Part shown: positions 55,652 through 64,000 of the stretch, one piece after another
Layout: every line of letters starts with the position of its first letter
How positions within the stretch are numbered: position 1 is the first letter of the stretch
DNA from: Propionibacteriaceae bacterium
Lineage (GTDB): Bacteria; Actinomycetota; Actinomycetes; Propionibacteriales; Propionibacteriaceae
Assembly: GCA_031261485.1 (NCBI GenBank)
Contig: JAISJO010000100.1
Location: 4,491 to 68,490, forward strand
Direction: 5' to 3'
DNA length: 64,000 nucleotides
Notes under the pieces: generated by a model
Told to the model about the DNA's origin: nothing
Databases searched by the model: none
What the model saw: the letters and a program-made list of their open reading frames with translations, nothing else
Program-made: the position numbers and the translations under genes

Positions 55652-55936
55652 CGCGAATCTCCACGCCGTGCGCCGACCACGACCAACGCCGATGGTGGTG
55701 CCGGTGTACATGGCGACGTTCGACAGGGAGGACACCGTGTCGCGCGCCTGGCCCGCACCGGCTTGGAGGGCGGCTATCACGACGGGGAACACGAAGCCGC
55801 CAGCGCACATGATGATCGCCGACAGTGCCACAGCGCGGACGCCATTGAGCACTACCTCGCCACACTCGAACCTAGCGCTCCCGGCATCGTCCCCGAATCG
55901 AGTTTCGTTCGTCAGTAAACTCGACGGCCTCGTCAT
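55652..55936 (-). pseudogene. possible remnant of an MFS efflux transporter C-terminus downstream of the TetR gene
   Basis: The minus-strand ORF fragment ...AVALSAIIMCAGGFVFPVVIAALQAGAGQARDTVSSLSNVAMYTGTTIGV looks like the last MFS helices. It has no credible N-terminal half and its frame runs into mutM. Confidence 0.3.
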
Positions 55937-56019
55937 GCGAGCAAACTCGCCCGCCTTCGATGCGATCGTCTTGCCGGTCGGCCAGCTCGCCGTAGCGTTG
56001 GGGCGGGCGGCTGCTGGTT

Positions 56020-56568
56020 TCAGGTCCCTTCGTTAAGCTGGCTCAGCAGGTCGGCGAGTTCGCCGATGGGGACGGTGCAGCCCTGGCTGATCCAGTGGAC
56101 AATCAGGGAGGCGCTGCCTTGTTCGAGGAAGGTCTGCATGTAGTCGATCATTTCGTCTGAGAGGTCGGGGTATTTGGCTCGGCAGCGGTCGGTGGAGTAG
56201 GCCCGGTTCAGCGCCAGGCAGCGCCCGACGAGTCGTCCTTGTGGGATGGAGAATAGCAGCGCCAATAGGTCGCGTTGGCTAGCCAGACCGGTCAGCACCA
56301 ACGTCCAGTAGTCCTGCGGGGTGGCGGTGGCGTCCTTGGCTTGCAGGTGCGACTCGAACATGTCGAGCACACTGTCTTCGATGTCGGCGAGCAGGTCGGC
56401 TGTGTCGTCGTAGTGCAGATAGAACGTGCCGCGTGCCACGTCGGCCTCGCCGCACAGCTTGGTGACGGTGATCTGGTCGAACGGGGTCGTCTTCAACAAG
56501 TCGAGCAAAGCTTGGCGCAGAACCGTTTTGGTGTATTTGACGCGGCGGGATTCCTCTGGCATGGCCAT
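56020..56568 (-). CDS. TetR/AcrR family transcriptional regulator
   Basis: The HTH FDQITVTKLCGEADVARGTFYLHY is present. Confidence 0.85.
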   Translation of the reverse strand: MAMPEESRRVKYTKTVLRQALLDLLKTTPFDQITVTKLCGEADVARGTFYLHYDDTADLLADIEDSVLDMFESHLQAKDATATPQDYWTLVLTGLASQRDLLALLFSIPQGRLVGRCLALNRAYSTDRCRAKYPDLSDEMIDYMQTFLEQGSASLIVHWISQGCTVPIGELADLLSQLNEGT

Positions 56569-56722
56569 GTTCAACCTTCCTTCGTTGGACAATCCGACGG
56601 CGGCTGTCTATTTCCTGACGGCGCCAGCCGTTTTGTTGATGGAATCGCGGCGGCGACTCACATACACTCGATTGTACAACCTGTCTACTACTAGACACTT
56701 GTCAAGAAAGGGGGCGTGAGAG

Positions 56723-57418
56723 ATGCGCATCCGACCACACGACTACATCACCCAAGCGACCTTGTTCGCCGCACTGTTCCCGATGAACTGCTACCTGGTG
56801 AAAGAGGACGACGGGCTGACCCTTGTCGACACCACCATAGGTCTTGGCGCGCCACGGCTGGCCAGGATCATCCAGGCTAGCGGGAAGCCGTTGCGGCGTA
56901 TCGCCCTGACCCATGTTCATGCCGACCATGTCGGCGGCCTGGACGGGCTGAAGGCCGTCTTCCCGGACGTCCAAGTGCTCGTCCCCGCCCGCAGCGTCCC
57001 ATTTCTGAACGGTGACCTGGCCGTGCTCGTAGGGGAAGACCCCAGCCCGGTGAAGGGGCGCTTCGTGAATGTTGCCACCACCCCGGACGTGCTGCTGGCC
57101 GACGGCGACCGAGTTGGGTCGCTGAGAGTGATCGCCTCGCCTGGCCACAGCCCGGACTCTGTCTCGCTCCAGGACGAGCGGACAGGCGCGCTGATCTGCG
57201 GGGACGCCTTCCAAACGCGCGGCGGACTCGCTGTCTCCGGCGATTCGCGCTGGGTGTTCCCATTCGTCGCCGCCGCGACCTGGAGTCGCGCAACCGCGCT
57301 CGCCAGCGCGAAACAACTCCTATCCTTGCAGCCAACGGCGCTGATGCCTGGACATGGCGACATCTTGGAGCAACCATATTCCGCCATGAAGGGTGCGATC
57401 TCCCGCGTCTCCGCATGA
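56723..57418 (+). CDS. MBL-fold metallo-hydrolase
   Basis: The HxHxDH motif (THVHADHVGG) plus SPGHSPDS and a C-terminal PGHG are present. Confidence 0.85.
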   Translation: MRIRPHDYITQATLFAALFPMNCYLVKEDDGLTLVDTTIGLGAPRLARIIQASGKPLRRIALTHVHADHVGGLDGLKAVFPDVQVLVPARSVPFLNGDLAVLVGEDPSPVKGRFVNVATTPDVLLADGDRVGSLRVIASPGHSPDSVSLQDERTGALICGDAFQTRGGLAVSGDSRWVFPFVAAATWSRATALASAKQLLSLQPTALMPGHGDILEQPYSAMKGAISRVSA

Positions 57419-57516
57419 TATGGATGGATGCCCGCAAGGCCTGAAACGTGGTAACCGTGTCCGTTCGGGGTGAGCTGGCGCGGCGCAACGCCAACGCCGA
57501 GAAATCGTCGGCGGTG

Positions 57517-58119
57517 TCAAACCAGGCTAAGCCGCACGACTGGGCGGTGGGGACTGGCGCGGGCGATCTCGGTGAAGCCCTCGGCGAGGAAGAGCGCCAA
57601 CGGGCCGGTGTACAACTCGGCGCCGGAGGCACGGCATCCCAGGCTCGCGGCGTCGACGGGGCGGCCAAGCAAAGTGTGCGCGCCCGAGGCGCGGGCGAAG
57701 GCGATTCCTTGGCGCAGCAGGGCCGTCGCCACGCCCTGCCGGCGGTGGCCAACGCGCACGACGAAACAGGACGCCACCCAGGTGTTCTCATCGGTGGCTG
57801 TCACCGCGCCGTCTTGGGGGCGCGCGAATGTCCTGGCCAATCGGGGCAGGACCCCTAGTGGCCCGACGCGCAGCCAACCGACCGGCTCGTCGCCGCGATA
57901 GGCCACCACCCCCGGGGGCGTCGCCCGCTCGAACTCCTGGCGGAAGGTGTCCCGGTTGGCGGTGGAGTCGCCGTAGTCGATGAACCATTGGCACCAGCAC
58001 CGCGCGGCATCACCCCGCGTGCCGAAGACCGTCTCGACATCGGGCCAGCGCTGCGCCGTGGCCGACTCTACCCGCGCGTTCGGCTGTGCCCCCGGCGCGA
58101 GGGCGCTTTCGATATTCAC
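57517..58119 (-). CDS. GNAT family N-acetyltransferase
   Basis: The acetyl-CoA motif VRVGHRRQGVATALLRQGIAFA (R/Q-x-x-G-x-A) is present. Confidence 0.8.
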   Translation of the reverse strand: MNIESALAPGAQPNARVESATAQRWPDVETVFGTRGDAARCWCQWFIDYGDSTANRDTFRQEFERATPPGVVAYRGDEPVGWLRVGPLGVLPRLARTFARPQDGAVTATDENTWVASCFVVRVGHRRQGVATALLRQGIAFARASGAHTLLGRPVDAASLGCRASGAELYTGPLALFLAEGFTEIARASPHRPVVRLSLV

Positions 58120-58397
58120 AGATTCAGTTTATTCTGTGACGCGCGCTCGGCGACATGGGCCGTGCGGCAACCATGCTCGGCGCGACCACCGAGCAAGCCA
58201 GCCGTGCCCGCCAATTTCTGGATGCCTATGGGGCCACCAGTTCACCTGTGCCAGATGGGCTTCCAGCCGATCCCAATCTCAGACGAATACGAGCGGGTAT
58301 CCAACTACCGCGCCGACCTGCCGGTGCCGGAAGATGTCGCCGCCGCGCATCTGGGCGCTGCCTACAGGCTGGAACACGACCTCGAGCGTGAGGTGTC

Positions 58398-58982
58398 GTG
58401 GGCGTGTTGACGGCTCGGTTGCGGCTCGGCCCCGTCAGCCTTAGTGATGCGGACGCCATTGCCAGCCTGGTTCGTATTTATCGTGATCCGGCGGTTTGGG
58501 CGCACCTCCCGGAGGCCCGGCCGGTCAGTGACCAGGCCATAGAGACTCGTCTGGCAGGTAATGCTCGGTCATGGGCGGCCAATGGGTTGGATTGGTGGAT
58601 TGTCAGGCTGCGTGGCCCGCTCGGAGGGCTACCCGCTGGAGAGATCGTCGGCCTGGGCGGGGTCAGCATGGACGGGTCTGGCCTCGACGCGTGGAATCTG
58701 GGATACCGGCTGTCACCCGCCGCTTGGTGGCACGGCTTGGCGACCGAGATCGCCCAGGCTAGCCTCGCTGCCGCCCGCGAAACCAGGCCCCACACGCCTG
58801 TCACGGCCCGCGTGCTGGAACGCAATCCTGCCTCGTGGAGGGTGCTCGGCAAGGTGCTCACCGTAGCTTGGCAAGGGGTCGCTGACGGCGATGACCGGCT
58901 TACCGCAGACCTGCCCCGCCGGGTGTACACCGACCGCCCACTCAGCCATGACATGCTCGCCGCGCTCATCGCCGTGGTCTGA
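58398..58982 (+). CDS. GNAT family N-acetyltransferase (RimJ/RimL-like)
   Basis: LTARLRLGPVSLSDADAI ... WNLGYRLSPAAWWHGLATE is a RimJ-like pattern. GTG start. Confidence 0.78.
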   Translation: MGVLTARLRLGPVSLSDADAIASLVRIYRDPAVWAHLPEARPVSDQAIETRLAGNARSWAANGLDWWIVRLRGPLGGLPAGEIVGLGGVSMDGSGLDAWNLGYRLSPAAWWHGLATEIAQASLAAARETRPHTPVTARVLERNPASWRVLGKVLTVAWQGVADGDDRLTADLPRRVYTDRPLSHDMLAALIAVV

Positions 58983-60179
58983 TTGAGGTGTACCCCAGGG
59001 CGCCTCAGGCAGACCGCAAATAGGACCCGTACCTTCGTCTGCCTCATCGCTGACGCTTGGACAAAGCGAAAGTTGGGGGAAGTGGCCGAGTTCTTTGATG
59101 AGCAACGTATCCCTATTGAAAGCGGCCTTCGTAAGAGGGGGCCATACCCCTACTACGGGGCAACAGGGATCGTTGATTTCGTTGATGGGTACATCTTTGA
59201 TGGAGAGTACATCCTCCTTGCGGAAGATGGAGCCAACATTATTGACCGAAGTAGCCCACTGGCCTACCTGGCGACAGGCAGATTCTGGTTAAACAATCAT
59301 GCCCACATTATGAAGATCATTGACGGCAGCAACCGATATCTCCTGCAAGTACTCGAACGACACAATTACTCGGCTTTGAACTCTGGCACAGCCCAACCGA
59401 AGCTGAACGCCAAATCTGTGAAGTCGATGATTCTTAGCTGGCCAGGAAGCAGAGAGCAAACTCGCATCGGCGTCTTCTTCCGCACGCTTGATGACCTGAT
59501 CGCTGCAAACGAGCGTAAGTGCGAACTTCTTCGCCAACTCAAGCGCGGCTACCTCCAACAACTCTTCCCCGCGCCCGGTTGCGCCACCCCGCGTCTCCGC
59601 TTCCGAGGGTTCGCCAGTGCTTGGATAAAGCGAAAACTTGGGGACGTGGCAGGCATTGTTGGTGGTGGTACTCCAGACACGAGCATTCCCGGGTTCTGGG
59701 ATGGTGACATCGACTGGTACACGCCCGCTGAGATCGGTGAAGATGTTTATGTGTCTGGAAGTCAACGCAAAATAACCGAGGATGGCTTGAGAAATAGTTC
59801 TGCAAAAATTCTTCCGCCCGACACGATTCTTTTCACCTCCAGAGCAGGCATCGGAAAGATCGCCATTCTCTCTAAAGAAGCTGCCACTAACCAAGGTTTC
59901 CAATCGATCATTCCGGGCGATAAACTCAACTCGTATTTTCTTTTCTCTCAATCTGAGTCACTGAAACACTACGGCGAGATGATGGGGGCCGGTTCCACGT
60001 TCGTAGAAGTCTCCGGCAAACAGATGGCGCAGATGCCGATAGCTCTTCCTGACTGGACGGAGCAGTCCCAGATCAGCAGCTTCTTCCGCGCGCTAGATAA
60101 CCTGATCGCTGCAAACGAGCACAAGGTCGAGCAGCTCCACCAACTCAAGCGCGCCTACCTCCAGACGATGTTCGTCTGA
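58983..60179 (+). CDS. hsdS: silent (promoterless, leaderless) hsdS cassette with two target-recognition domains
   Basis: The frame is merely open from the GNAT stop codon, and there is no ATG in the first 100 or so codons. Homology to the expressed hsdS starts at DAWTKRKLGEVA. Conserved regions are LDDLIAANERKCELLRQLKRGYLQQLF and LDNLIAANEHKVEQLHQLKRAYLQTMFV. Confidence 0.8.
   Translation: MRCTPGRLRQTANRTRTFVCLIADAWTKRKLGEVAEFFDEQRIPIESGLRKRGPYPYYGATGIVDFVDGYIFDGEYILLAEDGANIIDRSSPLAYLATGRFWLNNHAHIMKIIDGSNRYLLQVLERHNYSALNSGTAQPKLNAKSVKSMILSWPGSREQTRIGVFFRTLDDLIAANERKCELLRQLKRGYLQQLFPAPGCATPRLRFRGFASAWIKRKLGDVAGIVGGGTPDTSIPGFWDGDIDWYTPAEIGEDVYVSGSQRKITEDGLRNSSAKILPPDTILFTSRAGIGKIAILSKEAATNQGFQSIIPGDKLNSYFLFSQSESLKHYGEMMGAGSTFVEVSGKQMAQMPIALPDWTEQSQISSFFRALDNLIAANEHKVEQLHQLKRAYLQTMFV
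59050..59086. repeat. hsdS inverted repeat IR-A (partner 62279..62315)
   Basis: ctgacgcttggacaaagcgaaagttgggggaagtggc versus the reverse complement of 62279..62315 gives 35/37 identity. It encodes DAWTKRxLGEVA at the start of TRD1. Confidence 0.9.
59490..59570. repeat. hsdS inverted repeat IR-B, central conserved region (partner 61744..61824)
   Basis: 35 bp are identical (gatgacctgatcgctgcaaacgagcgtaagtgcga is the reverse complement of 61790..61824). A further 33-bp block has 1 mismatch (59538..59570 versus 61744..61776). Confidence 0.9.
60141..60160. repeat. hsdS inverted repeat IR-C, 3' conserved region (partner 61139..61158)
   Basis: caactcaagcgcgcctacct is the exact reverse complement of 61139..61158 (20 bp). 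Confidence 0.85.
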
Positions 60180-60199
60180 CCTGGCGTAGTGTCGAGGCA

Positions 60200-61123
60200 A
60201 TGGAACAGAGCCTACTGCTGACAACTTATTTCTCCGATTGGGTTGGGACCTACAAGCGTGACGCAGTGAGGGCTGTCACGCTCCGCAAGTATGAGACGAC
60301 GCTTAAACGTCTCTCTGAGATCGTCCCCGGTGTGACCTTGACAACCTTGGACCGGCGAACATACCAGGGCATCCTCAATACCTACGCCCAGACTCACGAG
60401 CGGCAAACAACGCTCGACTTTCACCACCAGCTTCGTGCCGCCATCCTTGATGCCGTTGACGATGGCCTGTTGAAGCAAGACCCAACGCGCCGCGCGGTTG
60501 CCAAGGGCACCATTCAACGACGGCACGCGACAAAGTATCTCAGCTTGAGCCAGACAGCGAACCTGCTCACAGCGCTTGATCTGAGCGGAGAAACCTCCTG
60601 GGATCACTTCATCTATCTCCTTGTGAAGACAGGTTTGCGTTTCGCGGAGGCTCTTGCCCTCACCCCTGGCGATGTCGATATCGCCAAGCGCACCGTGACC
60701 GTGTCGAAGACGTGGGACTACAAGTCTGCGACTCCAAGATTCGCGCCAGCCAAGAATCAGTCGTCGATGCGTACTCTCTCCCTAGACAAGAAATCCGCCC
60801 GAGTCCTTGCGCGGATTACTCAGCAAGTGCCCGCCGCCCAGACCATCTTTGTCACTCCGGGAAAGAGAGTGTTCAACGACACTGTGAACCGCCATCTTCG
60901 TCAGCGATGCACATCGGTTGGCATTCCTCAGATCACGCTGCATGGGCTACGACACACCCATGCCAGCATTCTGCTCTATGCCGGGGTCTCCGTGGCCAGC
61001 GTCGCAAGGCGGCTCGGTCATGCGAACATGACAACGACCCAGAAAACCTACCTGCATATCATCCAGGAGCTGGAAGCTCAGGATAACGAAAAGATCATTC
61101 GCTGCCTTGGCAACCTTTCCTAG
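60200..61123 (+). CDS. tyrosine site-specific recombinase (shufflon / hsdS invertase type)
   Basis: The C-terminal catalytic region reads GLRFAEALAL...HGLRHTHASILLYAGVSVASVARRLGHANMTTTQKTYLH (R..HxxR..Y). It lies between inverted hsdS copies. Confidence 0.88.
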   Translation: MEQSLLLTTYFSDWVGTYKRDAVRAVTLRKYETTLKRLSEIVPGVTLTTLDRRTYQGILNTYAQTHERQTTLDFHHQLRAAILDAVDDGLLKQDPTRRAVAKGTIQRRHATKYLSLSQTANLLTALDLSGETSWDHFIYLLVKTGLRFAEALALTPGDVDIAKRTVTVSKTWDYKSATPRFAPAKNQSSMRTLSLDKKSARVLARITQQVPAAQTIFVTPGKRVFNDTVNRHLRQRCTSVGIPQITLHGLRHTHASILLYAGVSVASVARRLGHANMTTTQKTYLHIIQELEAQDNEKIIRCLGNLS

Positions 61124-62364
61124 ACGAACATCTTCTGTAGGTAGGCGCGCTTGAGTTGGCGAAGGTGTTCGCACTTGCGCTGGTGAAGGGCGATGATGCG
61201 ATCTAGGTCGGTAAAGAGCCGTCCAACTTGTCTCTGTTCTTCAATACTTGGAACAGGAATAAGCATTTCCATAACCTTGCTCTTTGATATATTATATCGT
61301 GAAATCCCTTGCGCCAAGAAAACTAGTTTGTTACGAACGACTGATGAGCGTAACATAAAGGCAAAGAAATGTGGATCAATTCCAACTAGTGGTCGCCATC
61401 CAAAGCAGAAGCTATTTAGGTACACATTTTCCCTATTTCCAAGCCAAACAGAAGACATTCCGACTTCTTCCGGTGTTTCTGATGAGGTGGTGAAAAGGAC
61501 ATCACCATACTTAACTTCACTTTGGCGACTGTCAATTTCGACGCGTTCTGTTCCATCGATGGTAGCGAGCGGATTGCTAAACACGTTCATATATGTGATA
61601 AATTCAGCGTCGCCGTGTCCGAAGTCTTCTTTGGTCTTTCCCGATAGTCCGGTGAATGCAGTTCCCAAATCCCCTAGCCTCCTTTGTTTCCAAGGGTCCT
61701 CAAATCCCGGGCAGCGGAGGCGCGGGGTGGTGGAGCCAGGGGCGGGGAAGAGCTGTTGGAGGTAGCCGCGCTTGAGCTGACGGAGGTGATCGCACTTACG
61801 CTCGTTTGCAGCGATCAGGTCATCCAGCGTGCGCATGAGGTCAACAATCTCTCCCTGCTCAGCAAGAGCCGGAATAGTGACCAACCAGTTCGACATGTCG
61901 GCGATTGGTATCCGTTCCACTGTCCCACCCTGGATCGTGTGTTCCTTAATAACCTCTTGAAAAGATGATCCAAGGTAGACGAAGGTCAAGAACCACGGGT
62001 CGATACTTTCACTGGGTCGCAGTAGACCCATTCTCCGGCCAAGTGCTGCGGGTTCGTCGAAATCCCAGTATCCCGCTTCACCGATGCGAGTTTCATAGGA
62101 AAAGAGGGTGTCACCGGGAGATGGCGAGACCCTCCGACTCCATAGCGGTAGATCGTCTTCGGAAATATGAGCAGACAGGGAAAAGTCGAGATGGCCGTTG
62201 ACTAGGGAGGAAATACTCAGGTACCAAGGGCCACTCTCGGTCTTCGTCGGCGTAGCGTGAGGGCCATCGTAAATAGTCGCCACCTCCCCCAACTCTCGCT
62301 TTGTCCAAGCGTCAGTGAATCCATGGAAACGTAGCTTCGGCACGTTTCTTGAGTCATCACTCAT
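61120..62364 (-). CDS. hsdS: Type I restriction-modification specificity subunit (expressed copy)
   Basis: It has a proper ATG that overlaps the rhuM stop (ATGA). There are two TRDs with conserved regions LDDLIAANERKCDHLRQLKRGYLQQLF and LDRIIALHQRKCEHLRQLKRAYLQKMFV. Confidence 0.88.
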   Translation of the reverse strand: MSDDSRNVPKLRFHGFTDAWTKRELGEVATIYDGPHATPTKTESGPWYLSISSLVNGHLDFSLSAHISEDDLPLWSRRVSPSPGDTLFSYETRIGEAGYWDFDEPAALGRRMGLLRPSESIDPWFLTFVYLGSSFQEVIKEHTIQGGTVERIPIADMSNWLVTIPALAEQGEIVDLMRTLDDLIAANERKCDHLRQLKRGYLQQLFPAPGSTTPRLRCPGFEDPWKQRRLGDLGTAFTGLSGKTKEDFGHGDAEFITYMNVFSNPLATIDGTERVEIDSRQSEVKYGDVLFTTSSETPEEVGMSSVWLGNRENVYLNSFCFGWRPLVGIDPHFFAFMLRSSVVRNKLVFLAQGISRYNISKSKVMEMLIPVPSIEEQRQVGRLFTDLDRIIALHQRKCEHLRQLKRAYLQKMFV

Positions 62365-63398
62365 GCGTCCACCTCACCTTTGCTTTGCTTCTCAGCTTGT
62401 TGTGCGAGTGCTTTGATTTGGTCAAGATAGGATTTTTCGACCGGAGAGAGAGTACGCGCCTGGTAGGTGCGATACTCGGCTATCGCTTTCCGCTCGGCTT
62501 GTGTATGGGTCACCTTCCCGGCATCGGGCAGCACGCCTTTCCCATAGATTGCGGCGAATTGGTCGAGTTCAGCAACCCAGTCGCTCATCCTCATGGCGGT
62601 ATGTTCCTTCGCGCGCACTTCGGCGAGGTCGAAGAAGGCCGAGACAAGCCGGTTGAGGACGAACAGCTCGTCTTGTGTCAGGTAATTCTTGGCAATCTTG
62701 GCTTCGTTCAACGTCGGCAAGGCTCCTTGAAAGGTGGTCAAACCCATAAAGTCTTTGCTCGCGTCTGCCCGCGTATTGATGAGCTCAGCCGCAGTCTGTC
62801 GGTTCACCGCATAGTGGAGTTTGTTCTGCACGATCTTGAAGAAGCGCACTGACTCAGCACTCTTCGGATCATAATCAATCGAGGTGGCATAGAGATCAAG
62901 CACCTGCCGATAAAGGGCCTTCTCGCTACTGCGAATGTCTCGGATGCGGTCGAGTAGCTCTTTCCAGTAGGCACCACCGCCGTTTCCTTTGAGGCGCTCG
63001 TCGTCCATCGTGAAGCCTTTGACGATGTACTCATGCAGACGCTGTGAAGCCCATTGACGGAAGCGTGTGGCGGCCTTGCTGTTGACCCGATAGCCCAGTG
63101 AGATAATCTTGTCGAGGTTATAGAACCTCACCAAGCGACTCTGCGTCCTGCCGGGCATCGCGCCATGCTCAGTGGTGTGTAAGAAATCCTTACAGACCAC
63201 TTCTTCTTCGAGTTCTGCTTCCTCAAAGATGTTCTTAATGTGAGACGTGATATTTGGCCTTGATGTGCCGTAAAGCTCGGCCAACTGAGCTTGGTTCAGC
63301 CATACCGTCTCGTCTTCAAGGCGCACGTCAAGATGGGTCGTCCCATCGTCGCTTTGATAGATCTGGATTTCTGATCCGGGTAGGGTTTCCTCAGCCAT
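62361..63398 (-). CDS. RhuM family protein embedded in the Type I R-M operon
   Basis: EIQIYQSDDGTTHLDVRLEDETVWLNQAQLAELYGTSRPNITSHIKNIFEE and RFYNLDKIISLGYRVNSKAATRFRQWA are typical of RhuM. The ATG at 63398 overlaps the end of hsdM. Confidence 0.8.
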   Translation of the reverse strand: MAEETLPGSEIQIYQSDDGTTHLDVRLEDETVWLNQAQLAELYGTSRPNITSHIKNIFEEAELEEEVVCKDFLHTTEHGAMPGRTQSRLVRFYNLDKIISLGYRVNSKAATRFRQWASQRLHEYIVKGFTMDDERLKGNGGGAYWKELLDRIRDIRSSEKALYRQVLDLYATSIDYDPKSAESVRFFKIVQNKLHYAVNRQTAAELINTRADASKDFMGLTTFQGALPTLNEAKIAKNYLTQDELFVLNRLVSAFFDLAEVRAKEHTAMRMSDWVAELDQFAAIYGKGVLPDAGKVTHTQAERKAIAEYRTYQARTLSPVEKSYLDQIKALAQQAEKQSKGEVDA

Positions 63399-64000
63399 GG
63401 TCTTCGCTTCCCCCTTCAGGGTGCGCCGTATGTTCAGTGGCTTCGCTGATGTCCCGGGCTTCGTCAGTTTCGACGAGTTGGGCAACCATGGCGTCGAATT
63501 GTGCCCGAAGCCCAGTGATCTCAGCATCGGTGGCGGCCAGGTCTGCATAGACCTGGTTGATATCAATATCTGATTCTTCCTCGAAGGTGTCGACGTAACG
63601 AGGAATATTGAGGTTGAAGTCATTGGCCTCAATCTCGTCTAGATCGGCCACATGGGCATACTTCTTGACATCGCGTCGAGCTTGGTACGCATCAACAATC
63701 TTGGCGATGTTCTCCTCGCTGAGGGCGTTTTGGTTCTTGCCTTTGACGTAGTCAGCCGAGGCGTCAATGAACAGGATATCTTTGGTCGTCTTGTTTCTCT
63801 TGAGGATGAGGATGACGGTGGGAATGCTGGTGCCGTAAAACAGGTTGGGTGGCAGGCCAATGACCGCATCAAGATAATTCTTACGGATCAGAGTTTCACG
63901 AATGACACCTTCGGATGCTCCACGAAACAGGACGCCGTGGGGCAGAACAATGCCCATGGTGCCGGTCGCATTCAGGTGATAGAGACCGTGCAGAAGAAAA
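63391..64000 (-). CDS. hsdM: Type I R-M DNA methyltransferase subunit M, C-terminal part (gene continues beyond the window)
   Basis: GIVLPHGVLFRG, LIRKNYLDAVIGLPPNLFYGTSIPTVILIL and ANDFNLNIPRYVDT are present. The frame is open to base 64000. Confidence 0.9.
   Translation of the reverse strand, partial: FLLHGLYHLNATGTMGIVLPHGVLFRGASEGVIRETLIRKNYLDAVIGLPPNLFYGTSIPTVILILKRNKTTKDILFIDASADYVKGKNQNALSEENIAKIVDAYQARRDVKKYAHVADLDEIEANDFNLNIPRYVDTFEEESDIDINQVYADLAATDAEITGLRAQFDAMVAQLVETDEARDISEATEHTAHPEGGSEDHG

Noticed and set aside
56877-57791. 304-aa minus-strand ORF
   Set aside because: It is antisense to the MBL hydrolase and is Arg/Pro/Ala-rich with no motifs.
58258-58410. 51-aa ORF tail (MGFQPIPISDEYERVSNYRADLPVPEDV...) between the two GNAT genes
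   Set aside because: There is no RBS and no recognisable family, and it overlaps the GNAT start region. It could be a remnant, but the evidence is insufficient.
60200-61123. Integrase as a marker of a prophage or integrative element
   Set aside because: No phage, conjugation or att-like features flank it. It sits exactly between inverted hsdS copies, which is the shufflon-recombinase configuration.

Overview
This is a 64-kb chromosomal window from a high-GC Gram-positive genome. Gene content (DUF4191, DUF3043, EttA next to an SsbB-like SSB, IspH) suggests Actinomycetota, possibly an Actinomycetaceae-like organism; that taxon call is inference only. All calls come from reading the ORF translations and the DNA by eye. 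No BLAST, HMM or folding was run, so family names rest on recognised motifs. I support about 57 protein genes, 2 tRNAs (Arg-UCU, His-GUG) and several non-coding repeat families.

Layout:
- 1-8452: a plus-strand catabolic cluster. It holds a CoA-acylating aldehyde dehydrogenase, Ptb, Buk, an enoate-reductase-type flavoenzyme, a Zn-ADH, a SpoVAC-like membrane protein and an OFA-type MFS transporter.
- 8.5-28 kb: mostly housekeeping. Genes include an APH-like kinase, ispH, DUF4191, an atypically long sucB, gcvT, DUF3043, a GH13 amylase, fbaA, a LacI regulator and gnd. Two tandem membrane-anchored beta-propeller paralogs also sit here.
- 29.2-34.8 kb: a seven-gene minus-strand cluster. Three divergent paralogous four-Cys lipoproteins and a small secreted two-Cys protein lie upstream of a MacB-type ABC exporter whose adaptor carries a peptidoglycan-binding-like segment. 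I consider this the best candidate for an undescribed system.
- 35-46 kb: ridA, a DUF4143 AAA ATPase preceded by five exactly 23-bp-phased direct repeats, lipid and redox genes, ettA and an SSB paralog with two perfect DnaA boxes upstream.
- 46.5-51.5 kb: a tightly packed PrsW protease plus two dynamin-like GTPases.
- 52.9-58.9 kb: tRNAs, orn, dps, mutM, TetR, an MBL hydrolase and two GNATs.
- 58.98-64.0 kb: a phase-variable Type I R-M locus. It reads hsdM, rhuM, hsdS, a tyrosine recombinase and an inverted silent hsdS cassette, with three sets of inverted repeats. hsdM runs off the window and no hsdR is visible.

I also found a REP-like palindrome family (GTCATTCTGCGC-type), a 31-bp-arm inverted-repeat element and a tandem hairpin repeat in intergenic DNA.
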